The position numbers and the translations under genes were made by a program. A stretch of DNA of 63,691 nucleotides, the filler included, from Reticulomyxa filosa (taxonomy: Eukaryota; Protista; Foraminifera), in NCBI GenBank assembly GCA_000512085.1. It is 17 parts of 17 records of this genome, joined end to end, with 100 filler letters (N's around TTAATTAATTAA, not from the genome) between each part and the next. Parts side by side here need not be neighbours in the genome. Positions count along the whole stretch, not along the records: positions 11,086 to 15,278 come from ASPP01022721.1; positions 15,379 to 19,242 come from ASPP01008047.1; positions 19,343 to 24,090 come from ASPP01045726.1; positions 24,191 to 25,430 come from ASPP01021481.1; 13 more parts are not named here. One strand, written 5' to 3'. Shown here piece after piece: positions 11,591-24,893 of this stretch; position 1 is the stretch's first letter, and each line of letters opens with the position of its first letter. Under the pieces are notes generated by a model. That model searched no databases and was not told where the DNA came from. It was given only the letters and a program-made list of their open reading frames with translations.

Positions 11591-13646
11591 TTAACAAGGA
11601 AAAGTCGTTTCTGCTGTTGATTTTGTTTTTGTTATTGTGGCAGATCCTTCCCACAGACGATTCAAGTCACCACGCCGATAAGCCAAAAACATTACCAAGC
11701 CTAAGGTGCATGGAACCAAAAATAGTAACGCAGGCTGTTCACATAAAATGAGTGATATGGATTTTATGTTAATCTGAGATTGTCAACAAAAACAAACCAA
11801 CCTGTCCTTGTTGCATCACAATCATATTGATATCAGTTAATAGTAATCCAACAGCATAGCCGATCAAAGAAGGCAAAAAATATCCTTTGTCAGAGCTGAA
11901 GCCAACACTTCGGTTCAAATAATCAAATCGCAACAGAAATGAAATAAACAAACCCGGGAGAGCAATATCTCCCAAACCTAATATCATCGGTCCATGTAAA
12001 GGATCATTGATTTTTGGGAACTTTAACATGACGGGAAGAGTGTCATGAACATTTTCGTGAGTGTAAGTGGCGACAGTTACCATGACGCTTTTGCTGAAAA
12101 AAAATGGGCTAATAAATACCCAAAAGATGTCATAGAAAAAGGCAGTTCCGAGCAAAATGCTAGCAATTTTTAAATTGGGAAGTTGGAGTGTTCTTTGCAA
12201 TACCATTAAAACTCCAATGCACATTACTTTGGTATATTTGTTTCAATTACTTGTATGTATCCTGTGTCACTCATCAAACCTAGACAAAAGAAAACTAAAC
12301 AATTTTGCAAAATCCAAGCCCACGATTCAAATCGGAACAAATACCATTGAATTGATATATACAACGCAGGTATCAATGCAATAACATCACTCCATTTCAT
12401 ATTAATTTCATCACCCAAGCAGTGGCCGCGAAAGACAGATGGTCTAAGTAGCAACGAAGGATAAAAGTACTCGATCACATGTGAGCCAATGGTCGTCAGT
12501 CCATTGATACTTGTAATCATAAAAAACAACAAAATAATCTTAAACAAATACTGGACAAAGTAAAACATTGTCAACAAGCCAATGGAAGCCACAATTACAA
12601 AAGACCACGCCATCGCAACATCAATTTCTTGAACTTCTTGGCGATCACGAAAATAATGTAGTGCAATATTCTGTCCACGCAATATTGAAAAATATTTGTT
12701 GCGTTCTTTGTCACTGCTGTAATACGCCCTTTTTTTTTTTTTTAACAATGTAATAGTTGTTCTACCACATTTGTTTCACCCTTTTTTTTTTTTTTTTTTT
12801 GTTTCACCTAAACCAACGACAGCAGTGGCAACCATTATCATCACAAACATCGTCAAGTCCCAAAATTTTGCATTGTAAGGCTCAATGCTAACTTCCATAT
12901 GTGATATTACTCCATCTGGTACTTGTTTCAATGAATAAGGGACCATTATTGTTGGGATCAACGAATTCTTTTGCACATTGTATTTCTCTATTCAAACGCA
13001 TTTGCTGCTGTTTAATCCTTTCAGAAAGAAACATAAAAAGAGAGAAAAGAAAAAAAAAAAAATGCTGACCAAAATCATCTTCGGAAGCTGACATTGGTGA
13101 AATAGATTCATCGAAGGAAACAATTAATACCTTCACATTTTCAATTTTTTTGTTTTTGTTTTACACTTAAGCTTTTTGATTGGTTGCAAAAAAAAAAAAA
13201 AAGTTTCAATAGATGAATCACAACTAAACGGCAACAGCTCCGGCGTTTTGAGCTTTCACTGTTTTATGAAGAAATGAACAGTTCCCACGGTCTATCAGAG
13301 CAATAAAACTGTCCCTTTTTTGGTAGCTTGAATATGTTGTGTCCCACGTGTCACAGCCCACAGATGGCTTTGGAATAACAATTGGATAAGGCTCTGTGAC
13401 ACTTCCAATGTTTTGGCTAAATTCACTGACTGTCTTTCAACAACAAACAGGAGCATTAATACTAGTTATGTTTATCTTTGTACTCAAATTTTTTCCTCTT
13501 TCTCTCTTCAAACTCCTCTTTTACGTTAAGTAACCTAAGCCCAAAATGGCTTTGTCTGTGCCTATCACACGGATAAGAGCTCTGGGAAGAAATTGTGCTT
13601 TAGTACTGACAGCGCATAAAGTCCATGCTAAAAATATTGCTAGCAT
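11591..13646 (-). CDS. Signal peptide peptidase-like (SPPL2-type, peptidase A22B) intramembrane aspartyl protease with PA domain
   Basis: Signal peptide MLAIFLAWTLCAVSTKA, PA-domain ALIDRGNCSF, catalytic FFYDIFWVF and LGLGDIALPG, and Q|PALLFLVP across the last intron. Confidence 0.93.
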
Positions 13647-13965
13647 TTCAGCAATGATTTAACCACAAAAGAAAAAGGGGACACAACGTTGAGCGCAGTA
13701 CAAATTTTTTTCTGACTCAAGGCCACAAACAAGGCAAAGCTTATAATTACGTTGTTGCAAATTTTTGCGCTGGAAAAAGTAAAAAACGTTCACATAGTTT
13801 GAATTTTTTGATTATTGGCTAGTGTTTTCTTTTGTTGGAAGTATTCTTTTTGCACATGTACATAAGAATGCAATTCTCGTTTAGACTGTTTACATAATCC
13901 TTGATATTTTGAAAAAGTTTAAGGTGAAAACAAGGCTCTGAAACGAAAAGCAGAACCTCCCGTCA

Positions 13966-15173
13966 ATGAGCCAAAGAAACGAATTTTTGTCTGTATGGCA
14001 AGCTTTCACCACAGTAGTTGTGGTGTTGTGTTTGTGTTTGCAGCTATTGTTATGGTGTATTCATTGCTACAATCATTTTGAGGTATACAAGACCTCTCAC
14101 TACAGCAAGTTTGGTATACGGAGACGACCTTACGTCAATGGATATTTTCCGCTGCTTGTGATGATTTACATATGGTTTTCATGCTGTGCAACCATGATTG
14201 TACTCCGTCAGATGCACATATCGCATACATCATCCCTAAGCAGTTTATTTGCGTTTTTTTTTTTTTTTTTTTTTTGATGTTGGAAAGAGTGTGCGTAATC
14301 GGAAAAGGTGTATAAAGGGAAGAAAAGTATAAGCATACATAGTTTCTTACATCACTATAACAATAAAAATTAGGTTCACAAGGATTTCATTCGATCGAAT
14401 GGAAAAAGCCAATATTATTTGAATGGATGTCATTGAGCAATATGAATGAATTGCAAATGTTACAAGTGTTGCTGGTGACATTGTTGTTTACTACTCAAGG
14501 CGTGGAATCATTTTTGGTGGTGCAAAGGGATCAATTGGTGTCTCCGTTGCCGGCGTGTCACAAGCCAATCTTGCACACAAAAAAGGAAAACGAGCACAGC
14601 GGCAATAAAAGCTCGGACCAGAGGACAGAAGCAGCAATGTCAATGTCGATGACCGTTTCGCCAAAGAATAGCTCACAAAAAAGTCGGTTGAAATGGCTGA
14701 AAACGTATCATTATTTGTTGCTGTATATAGTATTATGGAATATAGTGAACCTTTGTGTATTGCCGTTATACGTGGTCGTTGGCTGCATTGTAACCACAGC
14801 CGCAGTCAACATTGCGCTATCTGTTCGCTTTGTCAAGACTGTCTATCACAGCTATCTGCTGACATTGACCCAAAGCAAGGTGTATCTATGGGAGGAAATG
14901 CTTGCCACGGAAATGTCACCCATTCGCAAAGTCGGCCGCGGCAGCGTCGTCGTGTCCCTCGCGAGTACTATCACCTTCCTCGTTTACTTCTTGTTCGTCT
15001 ATGACTGCAAGTACTCCTTCATACATTCCTCCACCGCCAATTGTCTATGGTTGCTTCCGCTCGGTCTCTCTTGCAGTTGCGTCGCGCTCGCGTATACGTT
15101 CCTGTTTGATCGCGTTTGGCTCTGTACTTTCAATCGGTATTTAGCAACAATGAGGATAATTGTGAAGCTTTGA
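13966..15173 (+). CDS. Multipass (~7 TM) membrane protein of unknown function, 2 exons
   Basis: ORFs 13966-14277 and 14427-15173 are separated by a T-rich intron-like gap. About seven hydrophobic segments by eye. Confidence 0.6.
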
Positions 15174-15379
15174 ACTGGGGAAAAAGAGAGAGAGAGAAAA
15201 AGAGAGAAAAAGAGAGAAAGAAAAAAGGGGTCTTTGTATTTTTATTCATTTTGGATGCAAAATTAATAAAAATGCATTNNNNNNNNNNNNNNNNNNNNNN
15301 NNNNNNNNNNNNNNNNNNNNNNTTAATTAATTAANNNNNNNNNNNNNNNNNNNNNNNNNNNNNNNNNNNNNNNNNNNNA

Positions 15380-16268
15380 CAAAAAGTTTCTTTGGACTTT
15401 GAATATCGCGACGTGTTTTTGTCGATTGAAGATGCAATGGCTGTTACCAAGGAAATGGACGCTAATGCAACTATTCCTTATATTGTGCCTTTGTTATGTG
15501 AAAAGGTCAAGGAATTTAATGGATTTCATACCGAAGGAATATTCCGAAAATCGGCCAGCAGTGCAGACCTTCGAAAATTAAGAAATAAAGTTTAGTGTTA
15601 TAAGAAGCAGGGTTTGTGGGGGGATGTGTACATTTTTATTCACTTCCTACAAATAAAAACAAACAAATCAAGCTTCGAATGAAAAATTTTACATTCGAGG
15701 AACAAAATGTCCATATTTTTGCCAATTGTTTGAAAACATGGCTTAGATCTTTGGAAGGTAAATGCAATCATGTCGATCTTGTTTTTTATGTGTATTTTTT
15801 TGCTTCTAAACTGTACATGAGAGGGAGAGGGGCATGGATCAATCATTTGTCGGCTTAGACTTGCTCATTACATACAACAGACCCCTTGATTCCAGAGTTG
15901 TATTATGATTTTTGTGTGGAAATGGCCAAACAAGGAAAGCTTGACAAAGGACAATTTGAAGTTTTTTTTTCACAACTCCCTGCGGTTAATCGTGAGACCC
16001 TTAAATATTTAGTACATTTTCTCAGAGAATTGATCCAACCCCAGTATGTTAAGACTACATTGATGACCTTGGACAACCTTGCTATTGTGTTTGGTCCAAC
16101 ATTACTACGAAGCGAAATCCTGGTATTTTTTTTTTTTTGCACTTGTTCAAATCAGAATATTCTTAAATATTGATTGCTGCATTGTTCATACAACAGGATC
16201 CAAATACCGCCCTGATGAATACTCACTCAGAAAAAAAATTTGTTATTGCACTTCTTGAAAAATCGTAA
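15380..16268 (+). CDS. RhoGAP-domain protein, C-terminal part, 4 exons
   Basis: PYIVPLLC..., arginine finger TEGIFRKS, ANCLKTWLRSLE|DPLIP, LPAVNRETL, MTLDNLAIVFGPTLLR; stop at 16266-16268. Confidence 0.93.
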
Positions 16269-16709
16269 TTGTTGGGCTTTCGTCTGGGTCGATTTTTGTT
16301 TAATTCTTTTCTTTTTTGTTAATTTGTTAGATTTGTTTTATCTTCTTTTTATTTTATTATTTGTTGGTACTTTCTTATAAAACTATTACACACTTTTTAC
16401 CAAAAGTGATCAATACGAAAAAAAAAAGAGCTCGCACTCTTTTTTATGAAATAACGGAGAGGAAAATAAAAACAAGGCAAAAGTGTTTCGACCAAAAAAA
16501 ATTATGTGATGGTATTGCTGGAAGCCAGACATAGAATGTTCCAACAAAACTGAAGATAGAACAAAGTGCATAAAAAAAAAGAAGAAAAAAGCTTCTGTGC
16601 ATCAACCTCTTAAAAATTACATTGCAACAAACAAAAACACTTTTGACCTCACAACTGAAAACCGTAAAACATACAAAAAACAGACAAATTAAAAAATAAA
16701 TTCATTTAC

Positions 16710-17918
16710 TCATCTCTGTTGATTACATTTGTCATTGTCACTTTCGCTTTTTACAAGAACATCATTTTGTGAAATCAAAGGCGGCATATCTTCATATGCT
16801 TCCCCGAGCATATCTGATTCCAGACTATTATCCACTTGCATCAATTCAAGGGTATTGGCAGTAGCGCTTGCGAACAGTTGGTCAAGCAGCTGTGGATTTT
16901 CCAACAAAAATATCTCTGGAAACAGGTCTAATTTGTTGCAATCTTTGTCAATATCATTAGTGTCAACATTTTTGCAAGGAATACGCTGCTGATTAGGTGG
17001 TGAGGTGCATATTGACGGAGTATGTGGTGTGTTAGTGGATTCAAATGTGTTGGTAGGAGATTTCACTGTATTTTTTTCTTTGAAGCATTTCCTGTCGTGA
17101 TGTCTTGCCAAAAGATGCTTTGTATTTAAATTGTCACACAATTGCCGAGCAATTTTGGGTTTTTTCTGTGCAGCAATCCATGGCGAATCTTTATCACACG
17201 ACGGATGTTTGGTTTCGACATGCCGTCGTAACGATGATTTTCGTGTAAATTTGCGTTCAAATCCATTTTCTTCACACAATAAACATTTAAATGGATGAGT
17301 GTAGGTACGATTTTTCAAATGTGTCAGCATGTGACACATTAAATTTGCTTTTTGATGAAACGCCTGTTGAAATCAAGTGTACCAAAACATCAATCCATCC
17401 ATCAATCAACAAAACTTTAATGAGAGGAGGGAGCAAAAAAAAAAGGTTGGTTAAACTTTGTTACAAATCGCGCAAACGTGGTCTGGTTCATTTGCAAAAT
17501 GCTGTTCTTTTACGTGTCTTTGCAGATGTGCTCTTTGCTTAAACGATTTTTGGCACTGTAAGCATGTCATGTCAGGTCCACATAGTGTCTCTAACAATTG
17601 ATTTAATTTTACACTAGAAAAACGAACCGTGTCGTTTTTGACAGAATTGAAGTTGGTATTATTGCAACTGTTTTGAAGCAAAGACATAAATTCCAAAGGT
17701 ATATTTTCTTGACTGCTGGAAGGATCTTCTGAAATTTCTGTTTTAATTTTGCACGTGCCATTGGTATGTTCGCTTTTGTCCTCCATTGGCTCTGTTTTGA
17801 TAGTACACGTGCCATTTTCGTCTTCATTGTCACTGTAGATTGTCAAAAATTTTTCATTTGCAGCTCTTTGTTTTTCGTTTACTGTGTTTCTTACTGCAGT
17901 GCTGACTATTTCATTCAT
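16710..17918 (-). CDS. C2H2 zinc-finger protein (3 fingers), 2 exons
   Basis: CLQCQKSFKQRAHLQRHVKEQH, CAICNK|AFHQKANLMCHMLTH and CLLC...FTRKSSLRRHVETKH. Confidence 0.88.
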
Positions 17919-18620
17919 TGCTTTTTTTTTTTTTTATGGTATGTGTGCATATGTTGCCATGGAACAAAAAAAAAAAAAATGAGCGTTTTTCCTTTTTTTT
18001 TTTTTTTTGTTAAAAAAATGAATGTCATTATAATTTGTTGTCCAAAATGAAATGGAAAACAAAACTACTATCACTCCCACTTGTGTCCACAGTTTCAATT
18101 TTGATTTCAAAATTTTTGTTCTGATGGAATTTGAGTTTCTTGGAGATTTGCTTTTTTCTTTCCCGTTTAAATGTTTTATTGTTGACCGCTTTGGTCCTCA
18201 AATAGTGTACAGTGTCGTTATCAGTACTGTTGCTTGCCAACGACGGTAAAGATAGCTATTGTTTGTCGTTTATTATTTGTTCTTTTGTTTTGCTTTGTTT
18301 TGTTGTGAGTGTATATGGAAAACAAGAAGGACAAAGCAGAGGACTTACTGCAAATTACACAAGTCAAACACTATACAATTTTTTTTCCCTCCCTTCAAAC
18401 AAAGGAGTACAAAAAACGCGACATTACATTTGTCGTGATATATATGTTTGTATATGTGTATTGAATGTGTTTTGCAAAGAATGCCCTTTTTTTTTTTCCC
18501 CCCTCCTTCCCTTTATCTCTCTTTCTCTTGCTCAGCAATGCACACACTAGACCAACAAATCTAGTTTGGCTGTTCGTCCATTGTACACAAGTGCACACCG
18601 CATTTACATGCTCAAACACC

Positions 18621-18651
<31 letters not shown>

Positions 18652-18839
18652 AGTTGCATTTGAAATAGGAAACACTACCCAACATAATAATAATAAAAAT
18701 AAATGATAAAAACAACCCCTTTTGTGTATGTTGCATATGTGCGTTGTTTCAAACACTCTCATTGGCACTACATTAATATTTTACTTCCTCAAGTGTTGAT
18801 TATTTTTTGCTCTGACCTCCACAATTGTGCTCTCTTTCG

Positions 18840-19202
18840 TTACATCTCTCGTGCAATGCATAGAAAGTAGGAAGAGAGGAGAGAGAGGGAGAGGGAAAAA
18901 AAAAACAACAAAAAACAATGGATGTGTATGTGTATGTGTATGCGGCCACATACCATGGGCGTATGATTCAGGCCTTTGTTGTGCTCAGTGTTGAAATCAA
19001 TAAGCATCAGTCGGTTGTGCAACCCGCATATATCCGTTTGCACGGACGTGCTTTTTTTGTTGCTGCAAGCATTGTCCACGCCAACTTCTGCTGTCTTTTC
19101 ACTTGTTTGCTTCCTGTCCTCGTTGCTCTGAGTTGCACTGCTACTCTCCACTTTCACACAATTCCATTGATCCAAACAATGCGCTGTTGCGTGAAACTGT
19201 CT

Positions 19203-19205
<3 letters not shown>
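18840..19205 (-). CDS. Probable terminal exon(s) of an unknown gene, truncated by the contig end
   Basis: Coding-like ORF next to a poly-T intron end. No motif. Confidence 0.3.
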
Positions 19206-19242
<37 letters not shown>

Positions 19243-20639
19243 NNNNNNNNNNNNNNNNNNNNNNNNNNNNNNNNNNNNNNNNNNNNTTAATTAATTAANN
19301 NNNNNNNNNNNNNNNNNNNNNNNNNNNNNNNNNNNNNNNNNNTTTCTGAAGCCTCTCAACAAATTGGTAAATTGGTATCTCGTGAGCAATTAACGATTAC
19401 ATCGCCGTCGCATCGAGGATGAAGAAAATGCATACATCCATATCTATTGACAGAGTGTGTCGTTATCCAACTTGGTCTTCTCTTGGTGCTTATTACAATT
19501 ACATATCAAAAGTGTATTTTGTGATAAGATTACACAACCAAATAAATGAAAGAAATAACAGTTGTACCAGAGTTGTCGTAGTGGATGCACTTTTAGACAA
19601 TGATGGCAAAGAATGATGGAGATATTCAAGTGGATGCATATTCAATGGATTGAAACTTTCCTTGGGCATGCAATTCTGCCATTATTCAAATTTAAACGAA
19701 TGGATGTACATTATTTAGAACAATGGAGAGGGATGGAGAGAGAAAAGCATAAAAAATAGAAAGAAAATAACAGAAAGCGAACAAAAGTGAAGGATATAAG
19801 TTCTTTTTGAAGGTTGGCGTTGATGTATGTTGTTTGTGTCATATTTGTAGTGGTTGTAATATATCTCCATCAAAACAAGCCCTTTCATTGTGAAATGATT
19901 TACATTAGGTTTGGAGATTAAAAGAAAATAAAAAAAGAATGAAAGAGTTATTTAGAGCATATGGACTATTACAAGCAATATAGCAAGCGATAGCGGATCG
20001 TATGAAAAGGAATGGCAATGACAAAGTCTCGGCACAAAGAAGTATGGGTCTATTGTAAGAAGCAAGGCATGTGTCCACGTCCACGCAGGAACAATTTGGA
20101 TAAGAGAATCGACGCAATAAATATTGAAGGGTCGATATGCGTTATTGATGGTATGTATAAAACTCAAACACAAATGGACACTACTTTCAATCCCAAAATT
20201 AATCATGTGAAAATATCCTGTTGATTGTATATTAGTGTTGTATACCTCCACATGTACTGTAATTATGTAGTATGCACTTCCAATGTCACACATCAATAGT
20301 AATGAAAATATTGACATCATGGTCAGATCGTTTTTTGAACACAATAAACCGGTTATTGTCGTTAAGCAAGATTAGAAAGGAGATGATTGGATTGTTATTA
20401 TTTGCTTTATTGATTAAGCGTCTTTGAAAGAAGATATTAAAGTGCAATTGCAAACAACTGTTTTGTTTTCATTTCTAGTTTATCCGAACACTTTTTAAAA
20501 TATTTGCTCTATCAAAATTGATTAGTAGCAAAACTTGTTCAAAGTATTGTTGTCTTTTTTTTTGTGAGCCAATTTAAATTATTTGTGTTTGTTGTTGTTT
20601 TTTCTTTAAAACAAGGAATAGAATACAAACATTGGAGCC

Positions 20640-21317
20640 ACAATGAAGAAACAAATGCATTCAACTGCCGCATTGCCTAGTGAACAAGCCAACTCAAATA
20701 AATTCTGTCAAAATGTAAAAGAACTAATGTTTATGGAAAGAAATGCCTCTGAAAGAATAGCTCCATCCAATGTGAATTCAATCATTCAATAGCTCGATAA
20801 CGAAAAAAGAAATAAGCAACTCGTTGAAAATACAAACGTAAAGACATTGGCTCAAATATTCAAAGTTTCTACGAGATTAACACAGAAACTAAGCCTACAA
20901 GCAGAAGTGAAATGTGATTCTCCAGGCAAGTACAAATATAGTCGCAGATAGCGAAGCAGAAAGAGAATCGGAGTTTTGTGTTGGTTTATTGCGATGAAAG
21001 ATGGCTGATTGTTTAGGGCTCCATTGACACGCACATTGATTGATTGCAAAAAGCAAGAGCTTACGTACCAGTGGAGACATGGCCAAGTATTAAAAAATCA
21101 AGACATTGTTCGTTTTTGGGATATTCGATCAAATAAAAATCAATTGTACGTGATCAAAGGTGATGAAGATAGTGGAATAATTTGTGTTAAGTTTTCACAA
21201 TTAAAAAGAACGAGAAAAAGAGAAAGTAATGATGACATTTGTTGTGGTATTAATTTGTGTTACGGTTCATATAGCGATTTGATTCGATTTGCTGATAGTA
21301 AACATATTGTTGGTTGA
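20640..21317 (+). pseudogene. Mosaic relic of the coiled-coil/WD40 family
   Basis: VRFWDIRSNKNQLYVIKGDEDSGIICVKFSQ...LCYGSY closely parallels the last repeat of the intact WD40 gene at 59187. The upstream part has stops and frameshifts. Confidence 0.7.
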
Positions 21318-21559
21318 TTTGGCTTTGAATGAATTAAATGAAAAGGATCATTTTTTTTGATTGAATGAAAAGAAAGAAAAGTATGATAATCAGTATTTTC
21401 ATTTATACTCTTAATTACCGTGTTGACTCTTTTACTTTCAAAATTGACTGTGATGATAAAATGTATTAAACAAGCTGTTGGACGAAAAGCACGCCAACTC
21501 TTATATTTTATTTCAACAAACAAAATTATTCTTCCAAATGGATGTCAATAATTTATAAT

Positions 21560-22880
21560 TTAAGAAACCGGAGACAAAGAAGGATGACTTGACAATGAAA
21601 CACATTAGTGTCAAAATAAACTCAAACCCATTTCTTATCAATTTCTTTGAAATCTTTAATAAATTTTGGAAATTTGGACTTATAAAATCGATAAAAATGG
21701 ACTCGTTCTATTGAATTAAAACACAATTGAAAATAGGTTTAATTAGTGGATGCATCACGACGATAAAATGCTCCTGTTTGAATGGTGTGGGTATTTGCTT
21801 TGCAACAAGTGTTGTTCTACTGCTATTCCATTGTACACCTCATCCATCGATTATCCAAACTTAAATAAATGCAACGATCTTTGTGACCAACCACCAAACT
21901 TATTTCATTACATTTAGTTGATGAAATTGTTTTCAATTCATCAAACAATCCACCACATTGTAACTCCAATCTTCAATCAAATCTGAACATTTATGTTTAA
22001 TTTCGTCAGTGATAACATAGTCCCAATAAATTGTCAATTGCCTCATTCCTTTTTCATGGTATGGAATCATACTTCATCAAATTTTTTTATTTGTCATCTA
22101 CTATAATTATTACATTTCTACTTGCTGCCCAATACAATACATTATTTTTGATTACTTTCTTTCAAATCATTCTGATTCACTCTCAATAAGAAAGTCTCAC
22201 CTTCTTGCAATAATGTTTCATAACTCCGTAACTCTCTTCATCAATGGATTTGATAATCCATCTTTATCAACCAATTTATCTTTCACATATCCATTGCATA
22301 TTCAATTCTCTTCATTGGACATATGATTCGTTTTAATATCTATTTGCATATTTTCATTGCATTTAAATGCCCTTTATTATTTTTGTCGTTTTTGTATTTC
22401 ATAATCAATTCCATGAGATTTTCAAAAGGAATTATCAAAATGGAAGCATTGACAGAACTCTCTCTGACATCAATTCATGCTCCTTTTCAATACAATACCG
22501 TACGACATTTCAATGTTTGTTGTTGATTGCCAAATGCTATGGAATTTGTCGATATTCATTGCATGAATCATTTATGCCAATTTGAGTATTATTTTGAATA
22601 TAAGTTTCAATTGTGGCAAATCTCTTGATTTTGCTGCTTCATGAAGAACAGTGTAATAATACTTGTATGAATTTTCATCATTTAAATGTTGTAAAACATT
22701 GTTATCGAAACAAGGATATGCAATATCTTCATTTCCATAATTCCATTTAATTGACGATATGAGTAACCCCATTCACTGGCCCGTTTATTACATAATTTAT
22801 TAATTTATTCAATGCATCAAAAATAATATTATCATTGCAATTCAATTGGATACGAGGATTATATGACAACCAAATGCAAA
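21560..22880 (-). pseudogene. Degraded coding relic with an ankyrin-like segment
   Basis: YTVLHEAAKSRDLPQLKLI resembles an ankyrin repeat. Coding-like composition continues but is broken by many stops. Confidence 0.4.
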
Positions 22881-23258
22881 TAACTTCATTTCTTTTTTTA
22901 TATTCCCAAACAACTTTTTATTTTTTTAATACATTTATTCTTTCATCTCCCTCCCCTGCTTCAATAGTTAATTTCTTTTTCTTTTTTCTTCAGCCAACGA
23001 AATAATTAATCTTTTAATTTTTTTTAGCAAGAAAGAAAGAAATAATCCAAAGAAATTCAACAACAAATCTGCAAATCATTATTCATCTAATCAAACAAGA
23101 TTTGAAAAATGAATTTAAAACAATTTCAAAATTATGATTATTTGTTGAAAATAAAAACATTCCATCATTTCCAAGTAAATTGTCAATTTTTCGTATCCAA
23201 ATACTCGTTCTAAAAAAAAGGGACTGTCAGAACACTTAAAAAAAAAAGCACATCTGAC

Positions 23259-24090
23259 ATGTCTACTCAACTCAACAACATCTTTCAAACTTTGACTGAA
23301 TTACCCAAGCCACTAGTGGCTTCACAATGTATTTTTTTCAAGGATGAACTCCTTGTTTGTGGAGGCCTTCAAACTAACGACTGTTATTCCTATCATACTC
23401 TGAAAAAACGGTACAAATACATCTGCTCTTATCCTAATGATGTCCAAATGGATAGACATTGTGTTGTACAATTGATTCATTCACAAACCAATCTCAATGA
23501 AATTCATTTATTATCATTTGGAGGACAATATAGATATAAAATGAAAGAAACATTTTCAATGAAATATAAAAGTGTATGGGAAATTAGTGACTCCAAGTCT
23601 GAACATCAATCATTTAATACTTGGATAAAACATAATCCAGACACCAACATTGGAAAATTAGAAGATAATTTATGTGGAGTGCGTGGATTGATTGGTGGAA
23701 TAAATAATGATTTATTGTTCATTACATATCATCCAGAAAACATTGAAGTAATTGATTTGAAAACAATGAAACCATTGACTGGAATCAAAAATAATATTAT
23801 GCCAAACGAAAGCCATACATTTGGAATTTCTTATCATTGCTTTGTGCCATTGACAATGAATAATGAAAAATTTATAAATCATTTCATATTGTTTTGTCGA
23901 GACACAGGATTATTAATAAAATATGATGAACAAAACAAAACATTTCATTATCAAAAACTACCAATTTGTACTGCTTTCAATGATTTTGCTTTTTATTCAT
24001 CTGTGTATCTTTACGATTTTATATTTTTATTTGGAGGGCATAATTGGAACACACGTCAAAGAACAAAGAATGTGTATAAATATTCAATGA
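23259..24090 (+). CDS. Kelch-repeat beta-propeller protein (lineage-expanded family), 3' truncated
   Basis: FQTLTELPKPL..SQC...ELLVCGG, LLSFGG, GLIGG and IFLFGG...VYKYS Kelch blades in an uninterrupted ORF. Confidence 0.85.
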
Positions 24091-24190
24091 NNNNNNNNNN
24101 NNNNNNNNNNNNNNNNNNNNNNNNNNNNNNNNNNTTAATTAATTAANNNNNNNNNNNNNNNNNNNNNNNNNNNNNNNNNNNNNNNNNNNN

Positions 24191-24308
24191 TCTTCTTGTT
24201 ATCTGCTTCCTTCAATATATTAATAATCTTCTCGAATGTTTCTTTCTTTACACCGGTTAAACGGCGAAATTGGTCTGAATTTTACCCTTTGATAGCTTCG
24301 TATTTCAT
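24191..24308 (-). pseudogene. IS5-family (ISL2-like) transposase N-terminus, disrupted
   Basis: MKYEAIKG*NSDQFRRLTGVKKETFEKII...LKEADNKK. The F.RLTGV..ETF motif is typical of these bacterial transposases. It has a purine-rich AGGAAG just upstream, an in-frame TAA and a frameshift. Confidence 0.75.
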
Positions 24309-24353
24309 AACTTCCTATTTTAGTTACTAAATACTTTTTAATCTATTTCTTTT

Positions 24354-24371
24354 AGTTTCGAAAGAAGTCTA
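24354..24371 (-). mobile_element. Probable left terminal inverted repeat of the IS
   Basis: TAGACTTCTTTCGAAACT lies ~45 nt upstream of the transposase ATG and resembles ISL2-group/RPE-type ends from recall. The partner end is not in the contig. Confidence 0.45.
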
Positions 24372-24479
24372 ATTACGAAGCAGGTATTCTCTATTAATTT
24401 GATCATATTTTTCAGATAAATTAAGTAATCTTTTATACTTGATCATATCAATATATTGAGATAATACTTTACTATTAGC

Positions 24480-24893
24480 AGTAGGAGTTTGAACTTTTTT
24501 ACTTCATCCGCACTTAATCCTGTGACTTTGGCAACAAAGTCTGCATTTTGTCTGGATTTTTAGGAGATTCATCGCTACCTGTCTCATTCCTTCTTGTTTA
24601 CCGAGCTGAATACTTCTTTGTTCACCGATTTGTTTACCTTTTTCTATTAGTTTTTCTGCAATAGTCATAATATTTCCCTTTTGTTCTTCTGTTGCTATGT
24701 CTTTAAACACTTCTACTACCTTAGTTGGATCAACAGTTTCTGCCTGACTTATAATATAATTAAAAACTCCTTCTATGTACAAAAAATTATCCTTACCTAT
24801 CTCTATAAAAGAGGCCTTTAGCCCTTCTACATATGGTAGTATATCTTCACTTTTAGCATATTTCATTACCATTATCATTACACCTGGCCATAG
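24480..24893 (-). pseudogene. Rpn (YhgA-like recombination-promoting nuclease/putative transposase), C-terminal remnant
   Basis: LWPGVMIMVMKY...FNYIISQAE...GNIMTIAEKLIEKGKQIGEQRSIQLGKQEGMRQVAMNLLK, then the typical VAKVTGLSADEV tail in a shifted frame. The nuclease domain is absent. Confidence 0.85.
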
